A stretch of DNA of 64,000 nt from positions 14,453-78,452 of the forward strand of contig CAZTGV010000002.1 in NCBI GenBank assembly GCA_964613475.1, written 5' to 3'. The notes under the pieces are model-generated. The model was not told the origin of the DNA, made no database searches, and was given only the letters and a program-made list of their open reading frames with translations. Source of the stretch: an uncultured Gemmatimonadota bacterium. GTDB taxonomy: Bacteria; Gemmatimonadota; Gemmatimonadetes; Palauibacterales; Palauibacteraceae. This document shows positions 1 through 9,281 of the stretch, piece after piece; the stretch's first letter is position 1; every line of letters starts with the position of its first letter. The translations under genes and the position numbers were made by a program.

Positions 1-1491
1 GCCGTGGACGCGTACACCGCGGCCCTCCGGATCCCGAACGTCCTGCGGAACCTCCTCGGCGAGGGCACGCTGTCGGCCGCGTTCGTGCCAGTGTACAGCG
101 CGCTCCTCGGCCGCCGGGCGGCGGCCGGCGGCCGGACCGGGGACCCGGCGCGCGAACGGGCGGATGGGGTCGACGACGGGGCGCCTTCGCGGCTCGCCCG
201 TTCCGTCCTCGGCCTGATGCTCCTGCTGGCGGGGCTGCTCGCGGCGCTCGGGATCCTGGCCGCCCCGCTGCTCACCCGCCTGGTGGCGCCCGGCTTCGAC
301 GCGGAGGGGACCGCTCTCACCACCGACCTCGTCCGCATCCTGTTTCCGATGGCCGGGGTGATGATCCTGGCCGCCTGGTGCCTCGGGGTCCTGAACAGCC
401 ACCGCCGCTTCTTCCTCCCGTTCGCCGCCCCGGTGCTGTGGAACCTCGCCCAGATCGCCGGCCTCCTGCTCGGCGCCCGGCTCGGCTGGGTGCCGCTCGT
501 CTACGTGCTGGCCTGGTCCACCCTGGCGGGCGGGGTGCTCCAGTTCGCCGTGCAACTGCCGACGGCCCGCCGCCTGGCCGGCGGGCTCCGGCCCGCGCTC
601 GAATGGGCGTGGGAGCCGGTGCGGCGGGTGGCCCGGAACATGGCCCCGGTGGCCGGGAGTCAGGGGATCTTCCAGCTGTCGAGCTTCATCGACGTGGTGC
701 TGGCGAGCACGCTGCCGACCGGGGCGATCGCCGGGCTCTACTACGCGCAGCGTCTCGCCTACCTGCCGCTCAGCCTGTTCGGCGCCTCCGTGGCCACGGC
801 CGCGCTGCCGGAGATGTCCCGCGACACCGCCCCCGAGGCGATGCGACGGCACCTGGTGGCCGGCTGGTTCCGGATCCTCTACTTCGTCCTCCCCTCGGCC
901 GTCGTGCTGCTCCTGTTCGGCGACCTGATCGTGGAGGTGCTCTTCCAGCGCGGTCGGTTCGGTCCCGACAGCGCCGTCCTGGTGAGCTGGATCCTGGCCG
1001 CCTACGCGCTCGGTCTCGTGCCGGCCAGCTCGATCAAGCTGTTCGCCGGGGGCTTCCACGCCCTGCAGGACACGGCGACCCCGATGCGGCTGGCGGCCGT
1101 CTCGGTGGGGGTCGCGGTCGCCACAGGCGCCGGCCTGATGCTGTGGCTGGAGGGGCTCGGCTTCGGGGCGGCCGCGGCCGGCGGGCTGGCGGCCGGGGGG
1201 GCGCTCGGCTCCTGGCTGAACCTCGGGCTTCTGTGGGACCGGCTCGGGGACCGGATCGGCCGGCTCTTCGGACGTCCGGCGCTCCGCGCCACGCTGCGGC
1301 TGGGCGCCGCGACCGGCGCCGCCGCCCTGGCGGCGTGGGGAGCCCGGGCCGCGCTGGCTCCCCGGCTGGGGCAGGGGACGCTGTCGGCCGCCCTCGTCCT
1401 CCTGGGAACGCTGGCGGCGGGAGGGGTAGCATATCTGGCGATCGCCCGTCGCCCTCCCGACCCGACCTCTCCGCACGAAGACCGGACATGA
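1..1491 (+). CDS. murJ: Lipid II flippase MurJ/MviN (5' partial; N-terminus lies upstream of window)
   Basis: ORF 4..1491 translation aligns to MurJ from about residue 35 onward (multi-TM, ...AFVPVYS... motifs). The frame is open to position 1. Stop overlaps uvrC start (ATGA). Confidence 0.85.
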   Translation, partial: AVDAYTAALRIPNVLRNLLGEGTLSAAFVPVYSALLGRRAAAGGRTGDPARERADGVDDGAPSRLARSVLGLMLLLAGLLAALGILAAPLLTRLVAPGFDAEGTALTTDLVRILFPMAGVMILAAWCLGVLNSHRRFFLPFAAPVLWNLAQIAGLLLGARLGWVPLVYVLAWSTLAGGVLQFAVQLPTARRLAGGLRPALEWAWEPVRRVARNMAPVAGSQGIFQLSSFIDVVLASTLPTGAIAGLYYAQRLAYLPLSLFGASVATAALPEMSRDTAPEAMRRHLVAGWFRILYFVLPSAVVLLLFGDLIVEVLFQRGRFGPDSAVLVSWILAAYALGLVPASSIKLFAGGFHALQDTATPMRLAAVSVGVAVATGAGLMLWLEGLGFGAAAAGGLAAGGALGSWLNLGLLWDRLGDRIGRLFGRPALRATLRLGAATGAAALAAWGARAALAPRLGQGTLSAALVLLGTLAAGGVAYLAIARRPPDPTSPHEDRT

Positions 1492-3479
1492 CCTCGGACG
1501 CGAACCGACAGGCCCTGCTGAGGGAACGGGCGCGCACGCTCCCGGCCCGGCCCGGCGTCTACCTGCTCCAGGGCGCCGAGGGGGAGGTGCTGTACGTCGG
1601 CAAGGCGAAGTCGCTGCGAGCGCGCGTCCGCAGCTACCTGCGCCGGGACCCCTCGCGCTCCCCGAAGCTGGCCGAGCTCGCCCGTCGCATCCGCGACGTC
1701 GAGACCTTCGTGCTCGAGTCGGAGGCGGAGGCGCTCTTGCTCGAGTGGAACCTGATCCGCGAGCACCGGCCTCGCTTTAACGTCCAGCTCCGCGACGACA
1801 AGAGCTACCCGTACGTGAAGGTCACCGTCCAGGAGCCCTTCCCGCGGGTGCTGGTCACCCGCCAGCTGCGCGAGGACGGCGCCCGCTACTTCGGGCCGTT
1901 CACGGACGTCGGGGCGATGCGCCGCGCGTTGCGCACGATCAAGCGGATCTACCCGGTGCGGAGCTGTCACTACGACATGCCGCGTGAGATGCCCGAGCGC
2001 CCGTGCCTCGACTGGCACATCGGGCGCTGCCGCGCCCCGTGCGCCGGCCACCAGAGCCGCGAGGAGTACGCGGCGATGATCGACCAGGTGCTGGCCGTGC
2101 TCTCCGGCCGTACCGACGAGGTGCGGGCCGACGTCGAGCGCCGGATGCGGCGGGCGGCCGACCGGCTGGACTTCGAGCGGGCGGCCGACCTGCGGGACGT
2201 CCTGCGGGGGCTGGACGCGATCGAGCGGCGGCAGGCGGCGGTGGACTACCGGGGCGGCGACCGCGACGTGGTCGGGATCGCGGTGGACGACGGGCTGGCG
2301 TGCGGCACCGTGCTCAAGATCCGCTCCGGGCGGCTGCTGGGCCGGGAGGTGCACTACCTGACGAACGCCGAGCGCGAGGCCACCGGGGCGCTCGCCGAGG
2401 CGTTCGTGAAGGCGTTCTACCTGCGGGCGGAGGACCCGCCGCCGGAGGTGCTGGTGCCGGCGGACTTTCCGGACCGGGCGCTCATCGAGGAGTACCTGTC
2501 CGCCTGGCGGGGGGGCCGGTTCCGCCTCCGGGTCCCGGCCCGCGGGGCGGCGCGCCGCCTCATGGAGCTGGCGGAGGAGAACGCCGGGCACGTGCTGCGG
2601 CTGGAGCTGCTCCGGACGGCCGGCGCGAAGGCGGGCGAGGGAGAGGCCGCCGCCAGCGCGCGACCGGCCGCGAGCGGGGCCGATGCGGCCGGGGATGCGC
2701 CGGCCGGCGGGGCGGGCGGGCCTTCGGGGGCGCCATCGCGGGAGCCGGCGCCCCAGGGCCCGCCTCCGCCGGCCCGACGGCTGGCGGAGGCGCTCGGGCT
2801 GGAGACGCCGCCCCGGAGCCTCCTCTGCTTCGACGCCTCCACGCTCGGCGGGACTAGCTCGGTGGGAAGCGCGGTGTGGCTCGAGGACGGCCGGCCGCGG
2901 AAGGAGGAGTACCGCCGCTTCCGCCTCCGGGCGGCGGAGATGGGGCGACCGGACGATTACGCGGCCATGCAGGAGATCGTCGGCCGCTGGTTCCAGCGTC
3001 GGGTGGGGGAGGGTGGCCCGCTCCCCGACCTGGTGGTGGTGGACGGCGGCCGGGGGCAGCTCTCGGCCGCCCGCCAAGGCCTCGAGGCGGCGGGCGCCTC
3101 CGACATTCCCGTGGTCGCGCTCGCCAAGCGGGAGGAGGAGCTGTGGCTCCCGGGACGCGCGGAGCCCGTGCGGCTGGCGCGCACGGACCCGGCGCTCCAC
3201 TGGCTGCAGCGGGCGCGGGACGAGGCCCACCGGTTCGCCCTGCGGTACAACCAGGCGCTGCGCCGCCGCCGCACGCTCCGCTCCCGTCTGGCCGACGTGC
3301 CAGGGGTCGGGCCGCGGCGCGAGCAGGAGCTACTGCGGCGCTTCGGCAGCTTGCGGGCGGTGCGCGCCGCCAGCGCCGAGGCGCTGCAGGCCGTGCCGGG
3401 CATCGGGCCGACGACCGCGCGGCGGATCCGCCAGGCCCTCCGGGCGGATGTGGCGGTCGGCTCCGCGGAGGAGGGGTGA
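1488..3479 (+). CDS. uvrC: Excinuclease ABC subunit C (UvrC), with Ala/Gly/Pro-rich internal linker
   Basis: GIY-YIG N-terminus (VYLLQGAEGEVLYVGKAKSLRARVRSY), UvrC homology region, C-terminal RNaseH-like and HhH domains. ATG at 1488 is in frame with ORF 378..3479; upstream part of the ORF is low-complexity. Confidence 0.9.
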   Translation: MTSDANRQALLRERARTLPARPGVYLLQGAEGEVLYVGKAKSLRARVRSYLRRDPSRSPKLAELARRIRDVETFVLESEAEALLLEWNLIREHRPRFNVQLRDDKSYPYVKVTVQEPFPRVLVTRQLREDGARYFGPFTDVGAMRRALRTIKRIYPVRSCHYDMPREMPERPCLDWHIGRCRAPCAGHQSREEYAAMIDQVLAVLSGRTDEVRADVERRMRRAADRLDFERAADLRDVLRGLDAIERRQAAVDYRGGDRDVVGIAVDDGLACGTVLKIRSGRLLGREVHYLTNAEREATGALAEAFVKAFYLRAEDPPPEVLVPADFPDRALIEEYLSAWRGGRFRLRVPARGAARRLMELAEENAGHVLRLELLRTAGAKAGEGEAAASARPAASGADAAGDAPAGGAGGPSGAPSREPAPQGPPPPARRLAEALGLETPPRSLLCFDASTLGGTSSVGSAVWLEDGRPRKEEYRRFRLRAAEMGRPDDYAAMQEIVGRWFQRRVGEGGPLPDLVVVDGGRGQLSAARQGLEAAGASDIPVVALAKREEELWLPGRAEPVRLARTDPALHWLQRARDEAHRFALRYNQALRRRRTLRSRLADVPGVGPRREQELLRRFGSLRAVRAASAEALQAVPGIGPTTARRIRQALRADVAVGSAEEG

Positions 3480-4966
3480 GCGAGGCCGGTCTCGGCCGGG
3501 CAGGGGGGGGGCCCGTCCGCACCCGCTTCGCGCCCAGCCCGACCGGCGACCTCCACCTGGGGAACGTCCGGATCGCCGTGCTCAACTGGGCCTTCGCCCG
3601 GCGACACGGCGGCGCCTTCGTGCTCCGCTTCGAGGACACGGACGTGAAGCGCCGGGTGGCGACGGCCGAGCGGGCCATCCTGGAGGGGCTCGACTGGCTG
3701 GGGCTGGACCGGGACGAGGATCCCGAGCGCGGCGGCCCGTTCGGGCCGTACCGCCAGAGCGAGCGGGGCGCGCTGTACCGCGAGCGGGCGCGCGCCCTGC
3801 TTGAGACCGGGCTCGCCTACCGCTGCTGGTGCCTCCCCGAGGAGCCCGGCGTCGGCTGCGACGGGCGTTGCCGGGCGCTCTCGCCCGCCGAGGAGGCCGC
3901 CTTCCGGGCCGAGGGCCGGCGCCCGGCGATCCGCTTCCGGGTGGATCCCGGCCCGGTGCTCTTCCGCGACCGGGTGAAGGGGGAGATCGCGATCGACGGC
4001 GCCGATTTCGGCGATTTCGTCCTCCTCCGCTCCGACGGGCGCCCGACCTACAACTTCGCGGTCACGGTGGACGACCTCGCGATGCGGATCACGCACGTGA
4101 TCCGGGGAGCGGGCCACCTCTCGAACACGCCGAAGCAGGTCCTTCTCTACCGCGCGCTGGGCGCGCCGTGCCCGGAGTTCGTCCACGTGCCCACCGTGCT
4201 CGCCCCCGGCGGCGGGAAGCTCTCGAAGCGGGCCGGGGCCGAGGGCCTGGCGGGGTACCGCGAACGAGGCTACCACCCCCACGCGGTCGTGAATTACGTC
4301 TCGCTCCTCTCCTGGTCCGCCGAGGGCGGGGAGGAGGTCCTGACGCCCGAGGAGCTGGTGCGCCGCATCGACCTCGACCGGCTCGGCACCTCGGAGCCGG
4401 TGGCCGACCCGGAGAAGATGCGCTGGCTCTCGGGCCGTCACATCCGCCGCGAGCCGCCGGAGGACCTGGCCCAGCGGCTCCGGGGGTTCCTGGATCCCGG
4501 GCGATGGGGGCTGAGCGCGCGCGACCTGACGGCGCTCGCCGAGGTGGAGCGGGAGCGGATCCACCTGTTCACCGAGGCGGCCGAGGAGGCGGAGCGGCTG
4601 TTCCAGACCCCGGAGCCGGACGCGGGCCCGGCGGCGGAGGTCCTCGGCGCCGAGGAGGCGGGGCGGGCCCTCGCCGCCGCTCGGCGGGCGCTCTCGAACC
4701 TGGACGCCTGGGAGCCTTCCGCGCTCCACGAGGCGTTGCGCGAGGCGGCGGAGAAGGCGGGGCTGTCGGGGGGTCGCTTCTTCCGGCCGGTCCGGGTGGC
4801 CCTCACCGGCCGCCTGCGGGGCCCGGAGCTGCCGCGGGTCGCCTACGTGCTCGGGAGGGCGCGCACCCTGGAGCGCCTGGTCGCCGCCGGAGACCGGGCG
4901 CGGGCCCTCCTCGGCGCCGAGGACGGGACCTCCGCGGAGGCGCCGAAGGAGCCGGCGGATGGCTGA
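3476..4966 (+). CDS. gltX: Glutamate--tRNA ligase
   Basis: Class I aaRS HIGH-type motif (PSPTGDLHLGNVR) and KLSKR (KMSKS-type) motif. GTG start overlaps uvrC stop (GTGA). Confidence 0.9.
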   Translation: MSEAGLGRAGGGPVRTRFAPSPTGDLHLGNVRIAVLNWAFARRHGGAFVLRFEDTDVKRRVATAERAILEGLDWLGLDRDEDPERGGPFGPYRQSERGALYRERARALLETGLAYRCWCLPEEPGVGCDGRCRALSPAEEAAFRAEGRRPAIRFRVDPGPVLFRDRVKGEIAIDGADFGDFVLLRSDGRPTYNFAVTVDDLAMRITHVIRGAGHLSNTPKQVLLYRALGAPCPEFVHVPTVLAPGGGKLSKRAGAEGLAGYRERGYHPHAVVNYVSLLSWSAEGGEEVLTPEELVRRIDLDRLGTSEPVADPEKMRWLSGRHIRREPPEDLAQRLRGFLDPGRWGLSARDLTALAEVERERIHLFTEAAEEAERLFQTPEPDAGPAAEVLGAEEAGRALAAARRALSNLDAWEPSALHEALREAAEKAGLSGGRFFRPVRVALTGRLRGPELPRVAYVLGRARTLERLVAAGDRARALLGAEDGTSAEAPKEPADG

Positions 4967-6083
4967 GTGGCGCCTCGCCTGCGCGGCCTGCGGCCGGGAG
5001 GGTCCGGCGCGGCCGCTGGCCGGCACCTGCGAGGCGTGCGGGGGCCCCCTGCTGGCTCGCTACGCGGACGGGGCGGGGAAGGGGCCGCCGGCGTCCCTCC
5101 CCGGCATGTGGCGCTTCGCCGGGCGTCTGCCGCTCCGGGACGGCGAGCGCCCGGTCACGCTGGGCGAGGGCGACACCCCGCTCCTGCCGCTCGAGCGCCT
5201 GGGCGAGGCGCTCGGCCTGCGGCTCCTCGCCAAGGACGAGAGCCGGAACCCGACCGGCAGCTTCAAGGACCGGGGGCTCGCGGCGGCGGTGACGCGGGCG
5301 GCGCTCGATGGGGCGGAGGCGCTGGTGATCCCGAGCGCCGGGAACGCCGGCGCCTCCCTGGCCGCCTACGCCGCCCGGGCGGGGCTGCCGGCCCGCGTCT
5401 TCGTGCCGGCCGACGTGCCGCCGGGCGTGGAGCGCCGCTGCCGCCACTTCGGCGCGGAGCTCGTCCGGGTGGACGGTCTCATCGACGCCTGTGGCCGGCG
5501 GGCCCGCGCGGAGGCCGAGGCCACCGGCGCGGTCGACGTCTCCACCCTGCGCGAGCCCTACCGGCTCGAGGGGAAGAAGACCATGATGTTCGAGATCGTG
5601 GAGGCGCTGGGCGGCCGCGCGCCCGACGCCATCGTCTACCCGACGGGGGGCGGCACCGGGCTGATCGCGAGCCGGAAGGCCCTGCAAGAGCTGGCGGAGC
5701 TCGAGGGGCTCGAGCCGGACACCCGCCTGTACGCCGTGCAGGCCGAGGGATGCGCGCCGATCGTGCGGGCCTGGGAGGCGGGGGAGGCGGCGGCCGAGCG
5801 CTGGGAGGCGCCCCGGACGGAGGCATGGGGGCTCCGGGTGCCGGGCGCCCTCGGCGACTTCCTCATCCTGCGCGCCCTCCGGGCGTCCGGGGGCGGCGCG
5901 ATCGCGGTGACGGACGAGGCGATGCGCGCCGCCGCGGCCGAGCTCGGCGCCCGGGAGGGGCTGGACGCCTCGATCGAGGGCGGCGCGACCCTGGCCGCGG
6001 CCCGCCGTCTGCGGGCCGCCGGCGCGCTCCGCGAGAGGGAGACGGTCGTGTTGTTCAACACGGCCGGCGCGCTCGTCTACTGA
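4959..6083 (+). CDS. thrC: Threonine synthase (PLP-dependent, N-terminal Cys4 zinc ribbon)
   Basis: PLP lysine motif SFKDRG, fold-type II PLP enzyme architecture, length 374 aa. Start overlaps gltX end by 8 nt. Confidence 0.9.
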   Translation: MAEWRLACAACGREGPARPLAGTCEACGGPLLARYADGAGKGPPASLPGMWRFAGRLPLRDGERPVTLGEGDTPLLPLERLGEALGLRLLAKDESRNPTGSFKDRGLAAAVTRAALDGAEALVIPSAGNAGASLAAYAARAGLPARVFVPADVPPGVERRCRHFGAELVRVDGLIDACGRRARAEAEATGAVDVSTLREPYRLEGKKTMMFEIVEALGGRAPDAIVYPTGGGTGLIASRKALQELAELEGLEPDTRLYAVQAEGCAPIVRAWEAGEAAAERWEAPRTEAWGLRVPGALGDFLILRALRASGGGAIAVTDEAMRAAAAELGAREGLDASIEGGATLAAARRLRAAGALRERETVVLFNTAGALVY

Positions 6084-6097
6084 GGGGGGCAGGCGCC

Positions 6098-7312
6098 ATG
6101 GAGTCGGAAGCGGCGAACGGAGGCGGCGTGCGGGCGATCTTCGACCCGTTCAGCGGCATCAGCGGCGACATGGTCCTCGGGTGCTGGATGGACCTCGGCC
6201 TGGACCGCGACTGGTTGGCCGAGCTGGCGCACCGGCTGGAGCTGGACGTCACGATCCAGGTCGAGCGGGTACGCCGCGCGGGCCTTTCGGCCTCCTACGT
6301 GCGGCTCCGCCCGGGCGCCGAGGGGAAGGGCGGCGGCCACGGGCGGCACTGGTCCTCGATCCGTCGCCAGATCGAGGAGAGCGCGCTCGGCGACCGGACC
6401 AAGGCGCTGGCCCTCGCCGCGTTCGGCCGTCTGGCGGCCGCCGAGGGGCGGGTGCACGGCGTCCCGGCCGACGAGGTGCACTTCCACGAGGTCGGCGCCG
6501 TGGACGCGATCCTCGACATCTGCGGGGCCGCCGACGGGTTCGTCCGCCTCGGGATCGAGGGGGCGTCCGCCCTCCCGGTCGCCCTGGGCGGGGGCTCCGT
6601 CCGGATCGCTCACGGCACGTACCCGGTCCCGGCGCCCGCTACCGCCTACCTGCTGGAGGGGCGCGCCGTCCGCCCGACCGCCTACGACTACGAGTGCACG
6701 ACCCCGACCGGTGCGGCCCTGCTGGCGGAGCTGTCCGACGCCGATCCGCCGGCCGGCGACGCGACCGTCCTCCGGGTCGGCTACGGAGCGGGCACGCGCG
6801 ACCCGGAGGACCATCCGAACTGCCTCCGCGTGTGGCTCCTGGCGGGGCCGCGCGAGGGTGCGTCGGCCGTGCTGGTCCTGCAGGCGGATGTGGACGACCT
6901 GACGCCCGAGTACGTGCCGGCCGTGATCGAGGCCTGCCTGGAGGCGGGCGCCCTGGACGCGGTGGTCCAGCCGGTCCAGATGAAGAAGGGGCGACCGGGG
7001 TGGCGCCTGGAGGCCCTGGCGTCGCCGGAGGCGCTGGAGGCGGTCGAGGAGGCCCTATTTCGCCACTCGACCACCCTCGGTGTGCGCCGCTGGACGGTGA
7101 CGCGTCGCACGCTGGCACGGTCTGTGGAGCGGAGATCGTGGAGAGGACACGACATCCGGCTGAAGCGCCCGCATGGCGCGGTGGGGCCCGATGGCCGGAC
7201 CCGGGCCTCCAAGCCCGAGTATGAGGACGTGGCCGCGGCGGCCCGGGCCGAAGGCCTGGATGTCGCGGAGGTCCGGCGCATGTTGCGAGAGGCGTGGCCC
7301 GACGTGCAGTGA
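6098..7312 (+). CDS. larC: LarC-family nickel insertion protein (DUF111; pyridinium-3,5-bisthiocarboxylate mononucleotide nickel chelatase)
   Basis: N-terminal LarC signature EVHFHEVGAVDAILDI, C-terminal LarC domain, 405 aa. It is the in-frame C-terminal part of ORF 4967..7312. Confidence 0.8.
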   Translation: MESEAANGGGVRAIFDPFSGISGDMVLGCWMDLGLDRDWLAELAHRLELDVTIQVERVRRAGLSASYVRLRPGAEGKGGGHGRHWSSIRRQIEESALGDRTKALALAAFGRLAAAEGRVHGVPADEVHFHEVGAVDAILDICGAADGFVRLGIEGASALPVALGGGSVRIAHGTYPVPAPATAYLLEGRAVRPTAYDYECTTPTGAALLAELSDADPPAGDATVLRVGYGAGTRDPEDHPNCLRVWLLAGPREGASAVLVLQADVDDLTPEYVPAVIEACLEAGALDAVVQPVQMKKGRPGWRLEALASPEALEAVEEALFRHSTTLGVRRWTVTRRTLARSVERRSWRGHDIRLKRPHGAVGPDGRTRASKPEYEDVAAAARAEGLDVAEVRRMLREAWPDVQ

Positions 7313-7377
7313 GGCCGTGTCCCGGGGACGGGAGGGGAGTCGGAGACCGCATCACCAGGGAAAGGAAGCGACAGCCG

Positions 7378-8766
7378 ATGATTGCAGCGACCAGGTGGCT
7401 GACGACGCGGGTTCTGCCGTCCGCCGCGGCGTTCGGCCTCGCTCTCGGCGCGGCCGAGTTGGGCGCCCAGGAGGGCCAGGAGGCGGCGGAGGACGCGCAG
7501 GCGGAGGAGTGCGTGCTGGAGCCGAGCGATCCCGTGAGCGCGGCCGCCGAAGCCCTCGAGGCCGCCCGCGAGCGGGAGGGCACCGAGGAGAACGCCACGG
7601 CCGACTATCGTCGGGCCTTGGAGGCGCTCCAGAGCCCGCTGGAGCAGGGAACCGACGACCCGGCGACGCTGATCCTGGCCGCGCAGGCCCACATCGGACT
7701 CGGCGAGTACCAGGAGGCGGATGGGCTCCTCGACCGGTTCGAGCAGCTGGCCCCCGAGTGCGACGAGGCGGCGCGCAACACCCGCTACAACGCCTGGGCG
7801 GAAGCGTACAACGACGGCATCCGCGCCTATCAGGCCGGGGACGAGGAGGCCGCGCTCGCCAGCTTCGAGGAAGCGAACACGATCCACGAGGATCCGCGCT
7901 CCTACAACAACGCCGCGCTCCTTCACAGGCAGCGGGGGGACACGGACCGCGCGGTCGAGCTGTGGCGCGAGGCCGTCCGCTCCGACGGGGACGCCGAGCA
8001 GGTCCGCAGCGCGATCGAGAACCTGACCGAGGTGCTGCGCGCCGAGGACCGCCCGGACGAGGCGATCGGGGTGTACGAGGAGTACCTCGAGCGCTATCCG
8101 GACGACACGGCGGTCCGGATCCGCTACGCCATGGCGCTGCAGGAGGCGGGGCGCGGGGACGAGGCGACCCCGATCCTGGACGACGTGATGGGTCGCGAGA
8201 ACCTGGACGCCGGACAGTGGAACCAGATCGGCATCGGCTTCTTCGATTCGGAGGACTACGAACGGGCACTTGAGGCCTTCCGGAGCGGCCGTGAGGCGAA
8301 CCCGTACGCCAAGGACCTGATGGAGAACATGGTGAGCGCCTCGATCCAGGCCGATCGGCCGGGCGAGGTCGCCGCCCTGGCCGACACGCTCGTCGACTGG
8401 TACCCCTACGACCAAGCCAGCCACCAGCTGAAGGCGCACGTGCTCAGCCGGATGGGGCAGGGGCAGCAGGCGATGCAGGCGCTCCAGCGAGGTGAGGAGA
8501 CCCCTTACGTGTTCCAGGCGATCCAGATGGCGCAGGCCGGCGAGGACCGGTGGATCGTCCAGGGGACGCTCGCCTCCCGGGACGCGGGTGGCGGCGAATC
8601 GCTGACGCTCCCCTTCGAGTTCGTGGGGCCGGACGGCGAGGTGGTGCGGACCGAGGAGGTGAGCGTGCAGGCGCCGCCGGCCGGCCAGAGCACCACGGTC
8701 CGCGTCGAGGTGCAGTCCGAGCGGCCGATCGCCGGATTCCGGTACGGGACGGGCGGGGGCGCCTGA
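7378..8766 (+). CDS. Secreted tetratricopeptide-repeat protein with C-terminal beta-rich domain
   Basis: N-terminal signal peptide (MIAATRWLTTRVLPSAAAFGLALGAAELGAQ). Multiple TPR-like helical repeats, acidic composition. Confidence 0.6.
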   Translation: MIAATRWLTTRVLPSAAAFGLALGAAELGAQEGQEAAEDAQAEECVLEPSDPVSAAAEALEAAREREGTEENATADYRRALEALQSPLEQGTDDPATLILAAQAHIGLGEYQEADGLLDRFEQLAPECDEAARNTRYNAWAEAYNDGIRAYQAGDEEAALASFEEANTIHEDPRSYNNAALLHRQRGDTDRAVELWREAVRSDGDAEQVRSAIENLTEVLRAEDRPDEAIGVYEEYLERYPDDTAVRIRYAMALQEAGRGDEATPILDDVMGRENLDAGQWNQIGIGFFDSEDYERALEAFRSGREANPYAKDLMENMVSASIQADRPGEVAALADTLVDWYPYDQASHQLKAHVLSRMGQGQQAMQALQRGEETPYVFQAIQMAQAGEDRWIVQGTLASRDAGGGESLTLPFEFVGPDGEVVRTEEVSVQAPPAGQSTTVRVEVQSERPIAGFRYGTGGGA

Positions 8767-8768
8767 GC

Positions 8769-9230
8769 GGCTCCGCCGGGCGGACGGGCGCCGCGTGCCC
8801 GCGCTGCGCCCGCCGTTGGGACGCCGAGACGGACCGCTGCGGGTGGTGCGGGGCGCTCGCGCGTGCCGAGCGGTGCGCGGGGCATCCGCTCGCCCTCGCC
8901 GTGTGGGCCTGCGCCATCTGCGGGCGCCGGCTCTGCGCGAGCTGCCGCCGCGGCGGCCGACACGCCGCGCTGTGCACGGAGCACGAGTCGGTGCGCATCG
9001 TCCAGGGCTGGGCCGAGGTGGCGCGGGCGACCGACGAGGCCCGGGCCGAGATGCTCGCCGGCACCCTGCGAGCGCACGGCCTGGACGCGCAGCTCCTGTC
9101 TCAAAAGGACCACGCGAACGTGGTCGGGCTGGGCGGCCTGGCGATCGTGCGCGTCCTCGTCCCCGCGCGGCAGTGGGAGAGCGCCGTCCGCGCGTTCGGA
9201 GGCCCGGCCGACGACCGGGCCCGCGCCTGA
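8769..9230 (+). CDS. Small Cys-rich zinc-ribbon + DUF2007-like protein (start codon unresolved; first canonical start is GTG 8901)
   Basis: The only non-shadow frame in the 8767-9230 gap encodes four CxxC pairs (CPRC, CGWC, CAIC, CASC) followed by a DUF2007-like C-terminal fold (VRIVQGWAEV...LLSQKDHANVVGLGGLAIVRVLVP). There is no ATG/GTG/TTG upstream of the first two CxxC pairs. Confidence 0.45.
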   Translation, partial: GSAGRTGAACPRCARRWDAETDRCGWCGALARAERCAGHPLALAVWACAICGRRLCASCRRGGRHAALCTEHESVRIVQGWAEVARATDEARAEMLAGTLRAHGLDAQLLSQKDHANVVGLGGLAIVRVLVPARQWESAVRAFGGPADDRARA

Positions 9231-9281
9231 GGTCCGGACGCTGGTGGGGGTACGCGCCCGGCCCCGGCCGGAGGGGATGAG

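Noticed and set aside
1002-3230. Long ORFs on the opposite strand or in alternate frames of real genes (e.g. 1002..3230 -, 2957..5026 -, 6781..8439 -, 8505..10418 -, 10118..11815 -, 49388..53176 + at 1262 aa, 50493..52880 -, 56668..58365 +)
   Set aside because: Their translations are Arg/Pro/Gly/Ala-rich low-complexity with no recognisable motifs. They fully overlap genes that have clear family signatures, as expected of shadow ORFs in ~70% GC DNA where stop codons are rare in every frame.
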